Shown here: piece after piece, positions 21,988-33,312 of the stretch
Layout of the letters: every line of letters begins with the position of its first letter
Numbering within the stretch: position 1 is the stretch's first letter
Assembly (NCBI GenBank): GCA_963765495.1
Contig: CAVXWP010000002.1
Span: forward strand, 320,001-384,000
Direction: 5' to 3'
DNA from: Blastocatellia bacterium
Lineage (GTDB): Bacteria; Acidobacteriota; Blastocatellia; UBA7656
Length of the DNA stretch: 64,000 bases
Notes under the pieces: generated by a model
Database searches by the model: none
What the model saw: only the letters and a program-made list of their open reading frames with translations
What the model was told of the DNA's origin: nothing
Program-made: the position numbers and the translations under genes

Positions 21988-22557
21988 TCAAGCTTCGGTG
22001 AGGCCGGTCACATCGTAAGACATGACGATCAGATCGTGTGTTCGATCATTTCTATCAATAACATAATCGGCCAGTAAAGCTTCGACTCTGAATCCGAGGC
22101 GTTCAAAGACCTGGATCGCGCCCCTCTGCTCGCTCGCCATACGGGCAACGATTTTCTGAAGCTTGAGTTGCTTGGCGAGGGCGAAAAGCTCATCGGCCAG
22201 AATGCTGCCCAACCCGTAGCCGCGCATGTCGGGGCTTATGAGCAGTTGGATTTCGCCCATGTGCCGGGTCCAGAGCAATTCGTTATGGCCGAGGCTGCCG
22301 TGGCCTACAAGCTTGCCGCCCGCTTCGACAAGTATCGTCTTGATTCTGCCCGATTCGATATTTTTCGCCCATTGCTCGACGGCTTTCTGTCTGGTTATGT
22401 CTATCGAGAGAAACAGCAGATCGTCTTCGGGCAGCGATTTGGCGAATGCGAGAAGCGCCTCCCCGTCTTCGGGCGTCATCAGACGGAAGGTCACAGCCAC
22501 ATCCTTAACCGTAGTCTTCCAGGGGTACTTTCGTTTCGAGACTGACTCTGTAGTCAT
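21988..22557 (-). CDS. GNAT family N-acetyltransferase
   Basis: MRGYGLG acetyl-CoA loop and FERLGF. Confidence 0.88.
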   Translation of the reverse strand: MTTESVSKRKYPWKTTVKDVAVTFRLMTPEDGEALLAFAKSLPEDDLLFLSIDITRQKAVEQWAKNIESGRIKTILVEAGGKLVGHGSLGHNELLWTRHMGEIQLLISPDMRGYGLGSILADELFALAKQLKLQKIVARMASEQRGAIQVFERLGFRVEALLADYVIDRNDRTHDLIVMSYDVTGLTEA

Positions 22558-22589
22558 TGCTCACTCCTTTGAATTGATTCGCCTTCAGT

Positions 22590-23291
22590 CTACTTTTTCT
22601 GGCCCGATCCTACAAAAGGAAGTTGAGTGGCAAGCTCAAGCCATCGTTTCTGCACATCGACATAATTGGTCACGGCCTGTTGGGCGAAGTCTGCGAGGGC
22701 CGCCGCCGGGGATGATTCATCAAGACCGAGCCCGTCTTTGACAGCGTTGAGCACCTGAGCGTTTTGTTGAGCCGCAAAATCGAGCCACGCGGTGCGGGCT
22801 GCAACAAATGTATCGATGCCCTGGCTCGCATAATCGGAGATCGCGCGCATCACATCGGACGGGTCGAAATTGACGCCCTCTCTGACCGCGTCGTAAAACT
22901 GGGCGCTCTGCTGCGAGGCTACTTCGGCCCATCTTCTCTGCGCTTCCACGAATCCTTCTACGCCCTGCTTTGCCCACTCGGCAAGAGCCGGTGTAGGCGC
23001 ATTTCTGTACAGGCCCATCCCTTCGGTTATGGCCTGAAGCACCAGCGCGTTCTGCTGCGAAGTAAGCTCGATCCATCTCCTCTGCGCCTCGACCAGATTT
23101 TCAACAACCTCTTTGGCCCACTCGGCCGGAGATGGAGTCTGGGCAGCAGTTTCCTTCTTTGATGTCGAATCGCCTGCCGCCGTCTTCTTAGCCGAAGACC
23201 TTGATGACTTTGTTGATTTTGCCGATTTGGCTGACTTCGCTGATGATTTTGTTGAAGACTTTGTCTTCGCTGTTTTTGATTTGCTTGACAT
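22590..23291 (-). CDS. Phasin-like repeat protein with a Lys/Ser/Ala-rich N-terminal tail
   Basis: AAAGGA RBS, basic tail, then four ~47-aa helical repeats (VEAQRRW-type). Phasin-like role is inferred from composition and PhaR context. Confidence 0.6.
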   Translation of the reverse strand: MSSKSKTAKTKSSTKSSAKSAKSAKSTKSSRSSAKKTAAGDSTSKKETAAQTPSPAEWAKEVVENLVEAQRRWIELTSQQNALVLQAITEGMGLYRNAPTPALAEWAKQGVEGFVEAQRRWAEVASQQSAQFYDAVREGVNFDPSDVMRAISDYASQGIDTFVAARTAWLDFAAQQNAQVLNAVKDGLGLDESSPAAALADFAQQAVTNYVDVQKRWLELATQLPFVGSGQKK

Positions 23292-23387
23292 GATTTGTTC
23301 CTTTCTCAAATAAAAAATTCGCTCGCCAAATCCGCCGCCAGAGCCAGGCGGAAATGGATTTGAATAGTTGGGAATGCGGCAATAGCC

Positions 23388-23470
23388 CAGGACGGACGCG
23401 GATTAAGACGGATTTTCGCGGATCAGATCCGTGCCGATCTCTATTTTACCGGCCCCCGATCCCCGGCCCC
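23388..23470. repeat. Half copy of the GGACGGACGCGGAT palindrome family plus CCGGCCCC units overlapping the ligase 3' end
   Basis: AATAGCCCAGGACGGACGCGGAT resembles 56379-56412; CCGGCCCCCGATCCCCGGCCCC encodes the ligase tail GPGIGGR. Confidence 0.65.
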
Positions 23471-25128
23471 CGCTCTTCCATATCGCGCAACTCTCTCCGT
23501 AGGACCTTGCCTACACCGCTTTTTGGCAGATTCTCTTTGAACTCTATAAACTGAGGCACTTTGTATCTGGCAAGACGCGCGCGACAGAATTCAATCAACT
23601 CTTCGGTCGTCGCCTCGACTCCCTCTTTGAGCACGATGAATGCTTTCACTGCCTCGCCCCGGTAATCGTCGTTTATGCCTATGACGGCAACCTCTTTCAC
23701 CAAAGGATGAGTGAAGATCACATCTTCTACCTCGTTCGGATAGACGTTGAAACCGCTGACGATGATCATATCTTTCTTGCGCTGGACGATGTAGAAATAT
23801 CCATCCTCATCCATCCGGGCCACATCGCCCGTGTAGAGCCATCCGTCGCGCAACGACTTCGCCGTCTCGGTCTCATTCTGCCAGTAACCCTTCATCACCT
23901 GCGGCCCGCGCAAACACAATTCCCCTTCTTCGCCGAGCGGAAGCTCGCGATTGCCGTCTTCAAGGTCCACGATCTTGCATTCGGTGTCGGGGACAGGCAA
24001 TCCTATGCTGCCCGGTTTGCGCGTTCCAAGCGTAGGCGTCGTGTGAGCAAGCGCGCAGGTTTCGGTCATTCCGTAGCCTTCGAAAAGCATCGCGCTGCTC
24101 AATCGCTCAAACTGCTCGATTACTTCAAGTGGAAGCGGCGCTGATCCGCTGTTGAAGCGCCGGACGCGATCAAGCCCGTAATCGCGTGCCTCCGGGTGAT
24201 TGAGCAGCGAAATAAAAAGCGTAGGCACGGCCGGGAAATATGTAGGCTTATATTCTTTTATGGCCGCAAGCAAAACATTCACATCATACTTCGGGATGAT
24301 GATCTGCATAGCGCCCGTCCATACGCCGTAAATCACGCCGGTCACGAGTCCGTATATGTGGAAATATGGAATCACCATCAGAAAGCGCTCATCGCCTCTA
24401 TGGCTGACATACTGCCCCCAGACGGCGCATTGAATCGTCGCGGCGTAGAGGTTGTAGTGAGTCAGCATCGCGCCTTTTGGCGTTCCCGTCGTCCCGCCCG
24501 TGTACTGGAGAACGGCTATATCTTCTTCCGGGTTTATCTCTACGCGTGGAATCTCACTGATGCTCGTATCGGCAATCAGAGTTGAAAACGAAAGAATCCC
24601 TGTCGCAGACTCACGGGCAGGTTGTGATTCGGCTGAATATTCTTTCAAGCCGGTTGTGATGATGTGTTCGATTGCAGTCTGCCCTTTGATGTTCAAAATC
24701 ATTTCGGCCAACAGGTCGAGAGCGATCAGTGCGCGCATCCCCGAATCCTGAGCTACGAGTTCAACCTCGCGCGGCGTATAGATTGGATTGACATTTGTCA
24801 CGATGGCTCCCAGGCGAATGATCGCGTAGAAGCTGATCAGATATTGAGGACAGTTGGGCAGCATAATGCCTACGCGGTCTCCCTTGCCGATGCCTAATCG
24901 GGAAAGGGCTGTGGCCAGTTTGTCCGCCTGATGCTTGAGTTCGCCAAAAGAGAGTTCGGCACCAAAAAAGGCTGTGGCAGGCCGGTCGCGAAAAAGGCTC
25001 GCGGCCAGATTGAGCACTTGATACAGAGGCTGACGCGGATAATTTATCTGCCCGGACACCCAGAAATCGTAGTGGTTAAGCCAGGGCTTTTCAGCGTATG
25101 GAGATTTTTCGTTAGATTCAGTTTTCAT
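23446..25128 (-). CDS. fadD: Long-chain fatty acid-CoA ligase
   Basis: [33 protein letters not shown] and LPKSGVGK. Confidence 0.93.
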   Translation of the reverse strand: MKTESNEKSPYAEKPWLNHYDFWVSGQINYPRQPLYQVLNLAASLFRDRPATAFFGAELSFGELKHQADKLATALSRLGIGKGDRVGIMLPNCPQYLISFYAIIRLGAIVTNVNPIYTPREVELVAQDSGMRALIALDLLAEMILNIKGQTAIEHIITTGLKEYSAESQPARESATGILSFSTLIADTSISEIPRVEINPEEDIAVLQYTGGTTGTPKGAMLTHYNLYAATIQCAVWGQYVSHRGDERFLMVIPYFHIYGLVTGVIYGVWTGAMQIIIPKYDVNVLLAAIKEYKPTYFPAVPTLFISLLNHPEARDYGLDRVRRFNSGSAPLPLEVIEQFERLSSAMLFEGYGMTETCALAHTTPTLGTRKPGSIGLPVPDTECKIVDLEDGNRELPLGEEGELCLRGPQVMKGYWQNETETAKSLRDGWLYTGDVARMDEDGYFYIVQRKKDMIIVSGFNVYPNEVEDVIFTHPLVKEVAVIGINDDYRGEAVKAFIVLKEGVEATTEELIEFCRARLARYKVPQFIEFKENLPKSGVGKVLRRELRDMEERGPGIGGR

Positions 25129-25192
25129 CGCTTTTCGATTCAAAACAGAATTGCCTCGATGATTGACCGGACACACGCGCCGGGCGCGAAAT

Positions 25193-26086
25193 CTACGATT
25201 CTGATTTTCTGCCGGAGCGTTTCTTTTTCTCTGTTGCCTGATAAAGATTTCCGGTGCCGGTTGAAGTCTCAGGCGCGGCTCGCCTCATGCCTTCAAGGAA
25301 AGGCACCCCCAGACCAAGGGCAAAATCCATAACGGCTGGAGCAAACCTGTTGAAGAAATTGATCGCCTGCGCATCGAGCGCCAGGACTATTTCGGGTTGT
25401 GGGAATCGCGCGTCCTGAACTATCACTCTTGCCATCTCGCGCGCTGGAAATTTTGGAAGATAGGCGGGCATTTCAAGGCCTACCTGATTGGCGGATGTCT
25501 CAAATATTTCCGTTTCCACGGCTCCGGGAAAGATCGTGCTCACATCGATCTTGTCGGCCATCACTTCGGCTCGAAGCGCCTCCGAAAACCCTGCCAAAGC
25601 AAATTTGCTCGCGCAGTATGCGGTTTCAAACGGCATCCCGCGCTTGCCCATAATTGATGAGACGTTTATGATCACCCCACCCGCCGCCTGAAGGCGCATC
25701 TGCGGAATGGCAGCCTTGCAGGCATAGACGGCTCCCCAGAAATTGACATCCATCACCCGGCGGAAATCTTCGATTGCCTGCTCCTCAAAGCGAGCGGCGA
25801 GCCCAACCCCCGCGTTATTGACCAGCGTATTTATCTGCCCGAATCGCTCAACAGCTTTCTTGATGAGCCCTTCCACCTCTGCCTGGTCAGAAACATCCGT
25901 CTGAACCATCAGCGCCTTTCCGCCTTTTTGCTCGATCTCAGCAACCAGCTCCCGGAGCCGTTCTTTGCGGCGACCGGCCACGACTACCTGAACGCCGGCA
26001 CGCGCAAAGGCGAGCGCAGTCTCGCGCCCGATGCCACTAGTAGCGCCCGTTATCACGGCTGTTGTGCCTCGCAGTTTCCGTATCAT
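25193..26086 (-). CDS. Short-chain dehydrogenase/reductase
   Basis: [12 protein letters not shown] and YCASK. Confidence 0.93.
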   Translation of the reverse strand: MIRKLRGTTAVITGATSGIGRETALAFARAGVQVVVAGRRKERLRELVAEIEQKGGKALMVQTDVSDQAEVEGLIKKAVERFGQINTLVNNAGVGLAARFEEQAIEDFRRVMDVNFWGAVYACKAAIPQMRLQAAGGVIINVSSIMGKRGMPFETAYCASKFALAGFSEALRAEVMADKIDVSTIFPGAVETEIFETSANQVGLEMPAYLPKFPAREMARVIVQDARFPQPEIVLALDAQAINFFNRFAPAVMDFALGLGVPFLEGMRRAAPETSTGTGNLYQATEKKKRSGRKSES

Positions 26087-26185
26087 AAGAGTACCCCTAA
26101 GAGCTTTGAGAAGATGTTGCCGCAAGCTTATATCCTGCCCCCGTCCTGGTGTCAATCTTCCGAGTCGCGATTAAACCCGTAGAGA

Positions 26186-26599
26186 TTAAAGCCCCATCGC
26201 CGCTCGGAAGGGCGCTGTAAAGACATCAAAGGCTTTCCGGCTCTGTTCCAGGATTGCAGCATTATAGCTTTCAACCTCGCTCCTGAATGGATAATCGAAT
26301 TCAAGAGGCGAGAGGTTGAGCAATTGCTCCGAAACTTCGGCAGCCTGTTCCACCCATCCCTGACGTACCTTATTGAGACTTTCCACGTAGGCAACGGCTA
26401 TATTGAGACCCGCTTGCTGCGAGGCTGCGCCCGCTTCCACAAGAGCCGAAACCATTCGGTCGGCAGCCTTCTGCGCCTGTACCGCCGAGCGGAGACTCCC
26501 CACAGCGGTCTGCTGTGACAATTCTATAAGAGTGCCTAATCCATATCCGCCTGATGTCGGCGAGTTTGACGACTGATTCGAATTCTTCTTCTGTGCCAT
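26186..26599 (-). CDS. Small Ala/Gln-rich helical protein, phasin-like
   Basis: AGGAGG RBS; 137 aa, predicted amphipathic helices; first gene divergent from phaR. Confidence 0.55.
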   Translation of the reverse strand: MAQKKNSNQSSNSPTSGGYGLGTLIELSQQTAVGSLRSAVQAQKAADRMVSALVEAGAASQQAGLNIAVAYVESLNKVRQGWVEQAAEVSEQLLNLSPLEFDYPFRSEVESYNAAILEQSRKAFDVFTAPFRAAMGL

Positions 26600-26710
26600 C
26601 TTGAAATCCTCCTGTTTCCAAAAACGTTAACCTGAGCCGCTTCGGGCTCGTTTTCAATCTATCCTCTGGCTCAGGAGCATATCAGAGAAATAATCAATGT
26701 CAAGCACTTT

Positions 26711-26846
26711 TTTCGCAAATGCGAAATAAATTTTGTAAATTCTATATATAGGCAGTTTATAAATAACAGAAATTCAATTAGCCAAATAGTAAGACTTGAA
26801 TTTAGTCGGTTTTTCGAGTATGATACGTTTCGCAATCGCAGCATTC
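26711..26846. promoter_or_regulatory. Candidate PhaR operator(s) in the divergent promoter region
   Basis: Perfect inverted repeat TTTCGCA-AA-TGCGAAA (26711-26726) and a related TTTCGCAATCGCAGCA near 26828-26843. Confidence 0.45.
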
Positions 26847-26928
26847 ACATAATGGCTTATTTAAGAATAAGATAGCATAAAGATGCTTGAGGCAATGCCC
26901 AGAAGCGAAGAGAGTTTCAGGAGAAATT

Positions 26929-27399
26929 ATGGCAAAGAAAAAGGCTGATACAGATCGTCTTATCATCAAACGATACGGCAATCGGAGGTTATATAACACG
27001 GAGACAAGCAGTTACGTCAATTACCAGGATCTGGTCGAGTTGATACGCGGAGGGCAGGATATACAGGTAATAGACTCCCGGACCAGGGAAGATGTAACCA
27101 AGTCAATTCTTATACAACTCATACTTGAGGAAGAGAAGAATAAGAACAGCATACTTCCGCTCGAATTTCTTTTTCAGCTTATCCGGTCGCAGGAAGAATC
27201 TGTCCAGGATTTCTTCAAAAATTATCTGGCTTGGAGCTTTGATGCTTATATGAAGACAAAGCAGGAATTTGACCGGCGTTTTCGTGGCTGGATGGAGATG
27301 AGCGCCAATGCTCCTCAGATGTGGGAAAAATTCATCCCGGGAGCCGAAGCGATGAAGGAATTTTGGGGGTTGAACAAGAAAGACAGCGAGGATGAATAA
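26929..27399 (+). CDS. phaR: Polyhydroxyalkanoate synthesis regulator PhaR-like DNA-binding protein
   Basis: [19 protein letters not shown]...G.DIQVIDS.T.EDVT..IL.QLILEEE...LP.EFL.QLIR; AGGAG RBS. Confidence 0.9.
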   Translation: MAKKKADTDRLIIKRYGNRRLYNTETSSYVNYQDLVELIRGGQDIQVIDSRTREDVTKSILIQLILEEEKNKNSILPLEFLFQLIRSQEESVQDFFKNYLAWSFDAYMKTKQEFDRRFRGWMEMSANAPQMWEKFIPGAEAMKEFWGLNKKDSEDE

Positions 27400-27773
27400 G
27401 ATTGTGAAATAGCGTGTGCGCATCAGGTCATGACGCCGCAGACCGGCTGTAAAGTTAATAAAGAGGCGACTTAAGAATCAGTATTACAGTCTGTTTCCCG
27501 AAAGATTTGTAACCTATATTCGGGGAGTTGCCAAATTTTGCGAAGTGTGATAAAAATAGAATTACTAAAGCAGCAATTGAGGTGCCTCCTCAATTCCTGA
27601 AGTGAGCGGAATGGTAGAGGACGAGAGACGGATGTGCAGATCTCGTCCTCATTTTTTATTTCTACATACACAGGTCAATCCATTTTAGCGGGAAAATGGG
27701 CGTGGTTCGGAATAAAGCGAGAGGTTTATTCGTGTGCGTTCCGGGCTCCGGCGCGAGGGTAATTTTAAATCTC

Positions 27774-27803
27774 TTGACCGGCAATTTGAGGGTCTTGTAA
27801 TAT
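27774..27803 (+). promoter_or_regulatory. Putative sigma70 promoter of 6S RNA
   Basis: TTGACC, 18-nt spacer, TAATAT directly upstream of the predicted RNA. Confidence 0.5.
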
Positions 27804-27814
27804 CCGAAACGGCT

Positions 27815-28007
27815 GAGGGCTTCTGCAAAGTTGGTGATTGACTTATTAATTTTTTACCAACGCTAACGAAGAGGGGGCCAGGTATAGTTCTGGCTGGAGT
27901 AGTGCCCCACATTGATCGGGGATACCAAGACGCCAGCACTCAGGTCACCCACCTGTTATTAACAGGTTCAAAATTAGTAAGACACACGGCCGCGCGGTAC
28001 GCCCTCA
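27815..28007 (+). ncRNA. ssrS: 6S RNA
   Basis: About 190-nt rod fold (TGAGGGC/GCCCTCA, CTTATTAATTTT/AAAATTAGTAAG, AGTTCTGGC/GCCAGCACT) with a central bubble. The 3' strand carries CCCACCTG..CAGGTTCA..CACACGG, and the RNA lies upstream of a TIGR00282 gene as is usual. Confidence 0.82.
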
Positions 28008-28110
28008 CTACCATGGTCTCTCTCCTCGACAAATCGTTCTACCCTTTCGCGTCCAGCCTGATGGTCTTATCTGCGCTGTATGTGTTTTAATCTCTGTTTA
28101 TGGAGGTGAA

Positions 28111-28902
28111 ATGAAAGTCATTATTATAGGGGATGTTGTAGGCAAACCCGGCAGAAAAATCCTGACAGAAATGCTTGGCGAGTTGAAGGAAAAGCACGAA
28201 GCGGAATTTGTTATTGCCAATATAGAGAATATAGCTGATGGCGCGGGGATAATTCCGCGCCTGGGCGTGGATGTCCTCAAGGCTGGGGTGGACGTAATGA
28301 CATCCGGCAATCACATCTACGATAAGAATCAAGGTATTCAGTATGTTGAAAGCGAGCCAAGACTGCTCAGACCAGCCAATTACGCGCCGGACGCGCCGGG
28401 TCGCGGTATGTGGCTCGGTTCGACTCAATCGGGCACTCCCGTTGCGGTAATCAATGTACAGGGCCGCGTATTTATGCCCGCCACCGACTGCCCTTTCAGA
28501 ACCGCCGACCGTCTCATAGAAGAAATAGCCAATCGCGCAGCAATCATAATCGTGGACCATCACGCCGAAGCCACATCGGAAAAGATTGCTCTTGGCCGCT
28601 ATCTGGACGGCAGAGTCTCAGCTGTCGTAGGAACGCATACGCATGTTCAAACCGCAGATGAGCAGATACTCCCCGGCGGCACGGCCTATATCACAGATTT
28701 AGGCATGACGGGGCCACACGACAGCGTAATCGGCGTTGAAACCGATATAGTCGTCACACGTTTCTTGCGCGGCCTCCCGGTGCGTTTCGAAACGGCCCAA
28801 AAGGATGCGCGATTGCACGGCGTGATAATTGAGATTGATGAACGTACGGGTAAGAGCATAGCGATAGAAAGACTTCAGGTGCGAAGTCGCGCAGAACTTT
28901 AG
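28111..28902 (+). CDS. ymdB: TIGR00282/YmdB metallophosphoesterase
   Basis: GDVVGKPG, TSGNH, HAEATSEK, GTHTHVQTAD and TDLGMTG. Confidence 0.95.
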   Translation: MKVIIIGDVVGKPGRKILTEMLGELKEKHEAEFVIANIENIADGAGIIPRLGVDVLKAGVDVMTSGNHIYDKNQGIQYVESEPRLLRPANYAPDAPGRGMWLGSTQSGTPVAVINVQGRVFMPATDCPFRTADRLIEEIANRAAIIIVDHHAEATSEKIALGRYLDGRVSAVVGTHTHVQTADEQILPGGTAYITDLGMTGPHDSVIGVETDIVVTRFLRGLPVRFETAQKDARLHGVIIEIDERTGKSIAIERLQVRSRAEL

Positions 28903-29056
28903 CGCATCTATAATTTGAAAACCCGTTTTCAGACGCGACAGCACGGCAACGGGTTGGGCAGGCACGGCGGATTTATGCTCATCTTTGCTGCATCTGCCCA
29001 ACCCGAGTCTATTGCACAGTGTCTATTTCACTCTCCTGCTTTAACTGCAAGGAGCC

Positions 29057-30403
29057 CTATCTCAAAGATTTTTCAATGGCCCGGTCAAGCGTAGCCACGG
29101 CGAAATCCGCCTGCTCTCGATCAATTATCAAAGGCGGAGAAAATCGCACCGTAGATTGTCCCGCTCCCTGAATTATCAATCCGCTTTGAAAGCAATCATT
29201 TACGATAAGGTCTCTCAATTCCGGCCAGGGTTCCATCGTCTTGCGATCGTGAGCAAACTCCACGCCGATCATAAGTCCAAGCCCGCGAACATCAATGATC
29301 GCATCATACTTGTCTTTCAGTTCGTTCAATTTGTCCATCATATGATCGCCGACCTCTGCCGCATTGGCGATCACACCGTTTTCAAGCCTCTCGATGGTCT
29401 TCATCGCGGCTCGGATTGCGACGGGATTTCCGCCGAATGTAGAGGCGTGCGCGCCACCGTGCCAGCGCATCAATTCCTCTCGCGCCAGCGTGACCCCAAG
29501 CGGAAGACCGCCCGCGATGGCCTTTGCCATGCACATTATGTCGGGAAGGACTCCGAAATGCTCAACTGCCCACATCTTTCCCGTACGCCCCATGCCGGAT
29601 TGCACTTCGTCAACTATCAGCACTATGCCGTGCTCGTCACAGATTCTGCGAAGCTCAGGAAGAAAATCCGGCGAAGGGACTACATAACCGCCTTCCCCCT
29701 GCACAGGCTCGACGATGATCGCGGCGCAGTCTTCGGGCGGCACCGTTGTTCTGAAAATTGTCTCCTCGATATAGCGGGCCACCCTTCGCCCGACGCTTTC
29801 CCCTTCGCCGCGCACAAGCGGGAATCTGACGGGGTTGGCATAAGGCACATGCGTTACGTCGAGCGCCTGCGCGCCAAACCCGCGTCTTTGAGCGGCTTTT
29901 GACGCCGTGAGCGACAGGGTACCAAACGTGCGGCCATGAAATGCTCCGCGAAAAGCGATAAACTTATCGCGATTTGTTGAATAGACGGCCGCCTTCAGCG
30001 CCCCCTCCATAGCCTCCGCGCCGGAGTTTCCGTAATGGACCTTCTTGGCGAAATCGCCCGGCGTGATCTCCGATAGCTTTTCGGCAAGCTCGGTCTGGTG
30101 CGGATAGTAATAATCGGTCCCCGATATGTGAACGAATTCGCGGGCCTGCCGGGCAATCACGTCGGCAATTTCGGGATCGGCGTGCCCGAGCGCGGCCACC
30201 GCAACACCGGCATTGAAATCCAGAAATACATTGCCGTCTACGTCTTCTATCAAAGCGCCGTAGCCGCGTTCGACCATCAACGGATAGCTTCGCGTGTAAC
30301 TCGGCGAAATATATTTCTTGTCCTTTTCCAGCAATTCCTTTGTTCGGGGTCCGGGTAGCTCGGTCTTTATTTCCGGCAATTTGACTTCCATAGCGATTGA
30401 CAT
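29057..30403 (-). CDS. Class III PLP aminotransferase (4-aminobutyrate/acetylornithine type)
   Basis: NSGAEA, FHGRT, EPVQGEGG, DEVQSGMGRTG, AKAIAGG and STFGGNP. Confidence 0.92.
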   Translation of the reverse strand: MSIAMEVKLPEIKTELPGPRTKELLEKDKKYISPSYTRSYPLMVERGYGALIEDVDGNVFLDFNAGVAVAALGHADPEIADVIARQAREFVHISGTDYYYPHQTELAEKLSEITPGDFAKKVHYGNSGAEAMEGALKAAVYSTNRDKFIAFRGAFHGRTFGTLSLTASKAAQRRGFGAQALDVTHVPYANPVRFPLVRGEGESVGRRVARYIEETIFRTTVPPEDCAAIIVEPVQGEGGYVVPSPDFLPELRRICDEHGIVLIVDEVQSGMGRTGKMWAVEHFGVLPDIMCMAKAIAGGLPLGVTLAREELMRWHGGAHASTFGGNPVAIRAAMKTIERLENGVIANAAEVGDHMMDKLNELKDKYDAIIDVRGLGLMIGVEFAHDRKTMEPWPELRDLIVNDCFQSGLIIQGAGQSTVRFSPPLIIDREQADFAVATLDRAIEKSLR

Positions 30404-31091
30404 AACACCTCCATCCTTTCGAGCTGATAACTTATTTCCTGATAGTGACTGAGTTGAGGAAGTAAGGATCGCCCTAATCGGCGAAAAGGTCTCTGCGAAT
30501 TGCTCGCGGGATGCGTATGACGGTAGTATTCACTTCAAATCACCTGATATTTACTGCACAAATTGTATCACGCAGCAAGCGGGGCGATCAAATCCAGCGA
30601 CACGCCTGTACACATGATCAATCTATACAGGCGAGGTCTCACACCGGCCAGTGCTTTTTTCCAGAATTTTTCAGGCATCGCCCGTTTTCGCGATAAAGTA
30701 GCAAATATCGCTATCTTTTGGAAAACCGGGGAGTTTAATACTCGAAACTTCTTGATTGTTCCATGCGCACCATGCTAGATTTTTTTGTTCAAGGAATTCC
30801 TTGAGTTTAGGGCTGACGGCAGGCTCTAGGCGGAGCGAGGCGAGGCATAGGAACAGCGCTAATGACCGGCAGCGGTGATAGGTTCCGTTGTCAGTTTGCT
30901 TTAGAAAACCATATATAGATAGAAGGCATAAGAACTGTCTCGAAAATCCGCGAGCTTCAGTGTCCTCCCTTTTAATGTTGATCTCTTGCTCTGCCGGCTA
31001 GTGTTGTAGAATGGTTTGGGTTTTGGTGGTGTGAAGCCTTCGAATCAAATTTGTATAGAGGTTTCTATCGCAGACCTTCACAGGCGCTATT

Positions 31092-32087
31092 GTGCAGAGA
31101 CAAGAGGACACTATATCGGTTTCGGTCTTTGAAGCTGCCATCGGATTGCACGAATCGCTGGATGCCGGCGAAGTGATAGAGGTGGCGATGAGAGTGCTGC
31201 CTGAAATGATTCAAGCCGAATCGTGGGCAGTCTTTTTGAAAGCAGAGCATTCCGAGCGTCTTGAGATGGTGCGCGCCATCAACGCATCGGCTCTCCTTGT
31301 CGGCCCTTTCGTTGATATAGGGGCTGCCTCAAGCCTCATCGTTCGCGCCGTCACAGAGCAAAAGACCCTTGTTACAAGTGATGAACGAGCCACGCTTTGC
31401 GTGCCTTTGATGACCGGCGACCGATTGATAGGCGCTGTGCAGGCTACGCGCGCAGCCGATAAGGTACTCAGGACGGCTACGCGCTTCAGCAGCCGCGAAA
31501 TACACGTTGTAGAGATAATCTGCAAGTCGCTTGCAAGCGCCCTGGCCAATGCCATCGATTATCATAACGCAACGCGTCAGACCCTGATTGATGACCTCAC
31601 GCGGCTTTACAACGTCCGTTACCTCTACCAGACGCTAGACACAGAGATGCGGCGGGCGCGCCGTTACGGCTCTCCCGTTTCAGTGGTCTTTATGGACCTG
31701 GACGGCTTTAAGATGGTCAATGATCTTTACGGTCATCACGCGGGCAGCGCGACTCTGACCGAAGTGGCGCAGGTCATCACACTTGCCCTGCGCGAAGCCG
31801 ATTTCGTGGCTCGATACGGCGGAGACGAGTTTGTATTGATGCTGCCTGAGACTCCGGCCAGGCAGGCCATACAGGTGGCCGAGCGGGTGCGCTCACAAAT
31901 AGAGGCGCACAAATTCACAGGCGGCATCGGCGCAGATATACATCTGACGGCGAGCTTCGGGATTGCCAGCTTCCCGGACCACGCTACCGGAGCCGAGAAG
32001 TTGATCGAGCTGGCCGACGGGGCAATGTATGAAGCCAAGCAGCAGGATAAAAACTCTGTGCGGCTCGCAAAGAAAGAGACTCAGTGA
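31092..32087 (+). CDS. GAF-GGDEF diguanylate cyclase
   Basis: GAF region (LCVPLM..LIGAVQ), DLDGFKMVND, intact GGDEF and READ I-site. Confidence 0.92.
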   Translation: MQRQEDTISVSVFEAAIGLHESLDAGEVIEVAMRVLPEMIQAESWAVFLKAEHSERLEMVRAINASALLVGPFVDIGAASSLIVRAVTEQKTLVTSDERATLCVPLMTGDRLIGAVQATRAADKVLRTATRFSSREIHVVEIICKSLASALANAIDYHNATRQTLIDDLTRLYNVRYLYQTLDTEMRRARRYGSPVSVVFMDLDGFKMVNDLYGHHAGSATLTEVAQVITLALREADFVARYGGDEFVLMLPETPARQAIQVAERVRSQIEAHKFTGGIGADIHLTASFGIASFPDHATGAEKLIELADGAMYEAKQQDKNSVRLAKKETQ

Positions 32088-32134
32088 GTGCATTCGCGCG
32101 CCTTTTAGTAGCGATTCCGGCTCAAGCGCGCTAA

Positions 32135-33211
<1,077 letters not shown>

Positions 33212-33214
33212 TTT

Positions 33215-33304
33215 TCGTGATTCGTGAACCGTGATGCGTGATTTTATTTAGACCGCTTTGACAGGCAACTTTCAAACATCACGCATCACGGTTCACGAAT
33301 CGCG
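33215..33304. repeat. GTGAT/ATCAC heptamer-flanked element between mreB and mreC
   Basis: 27-bp inverted repeat with one mismatch; core contains TTGACAGGCAAC. Confidence 0.88.
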
Positions 33305-33312
33305 TATCATTT

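Noticed and set aside
27471-27939. Small ORFs between phaR and ymdB
   Set aside because: No RBS or recognisable protein features; one overlaps the 6S RNA and its promoter.
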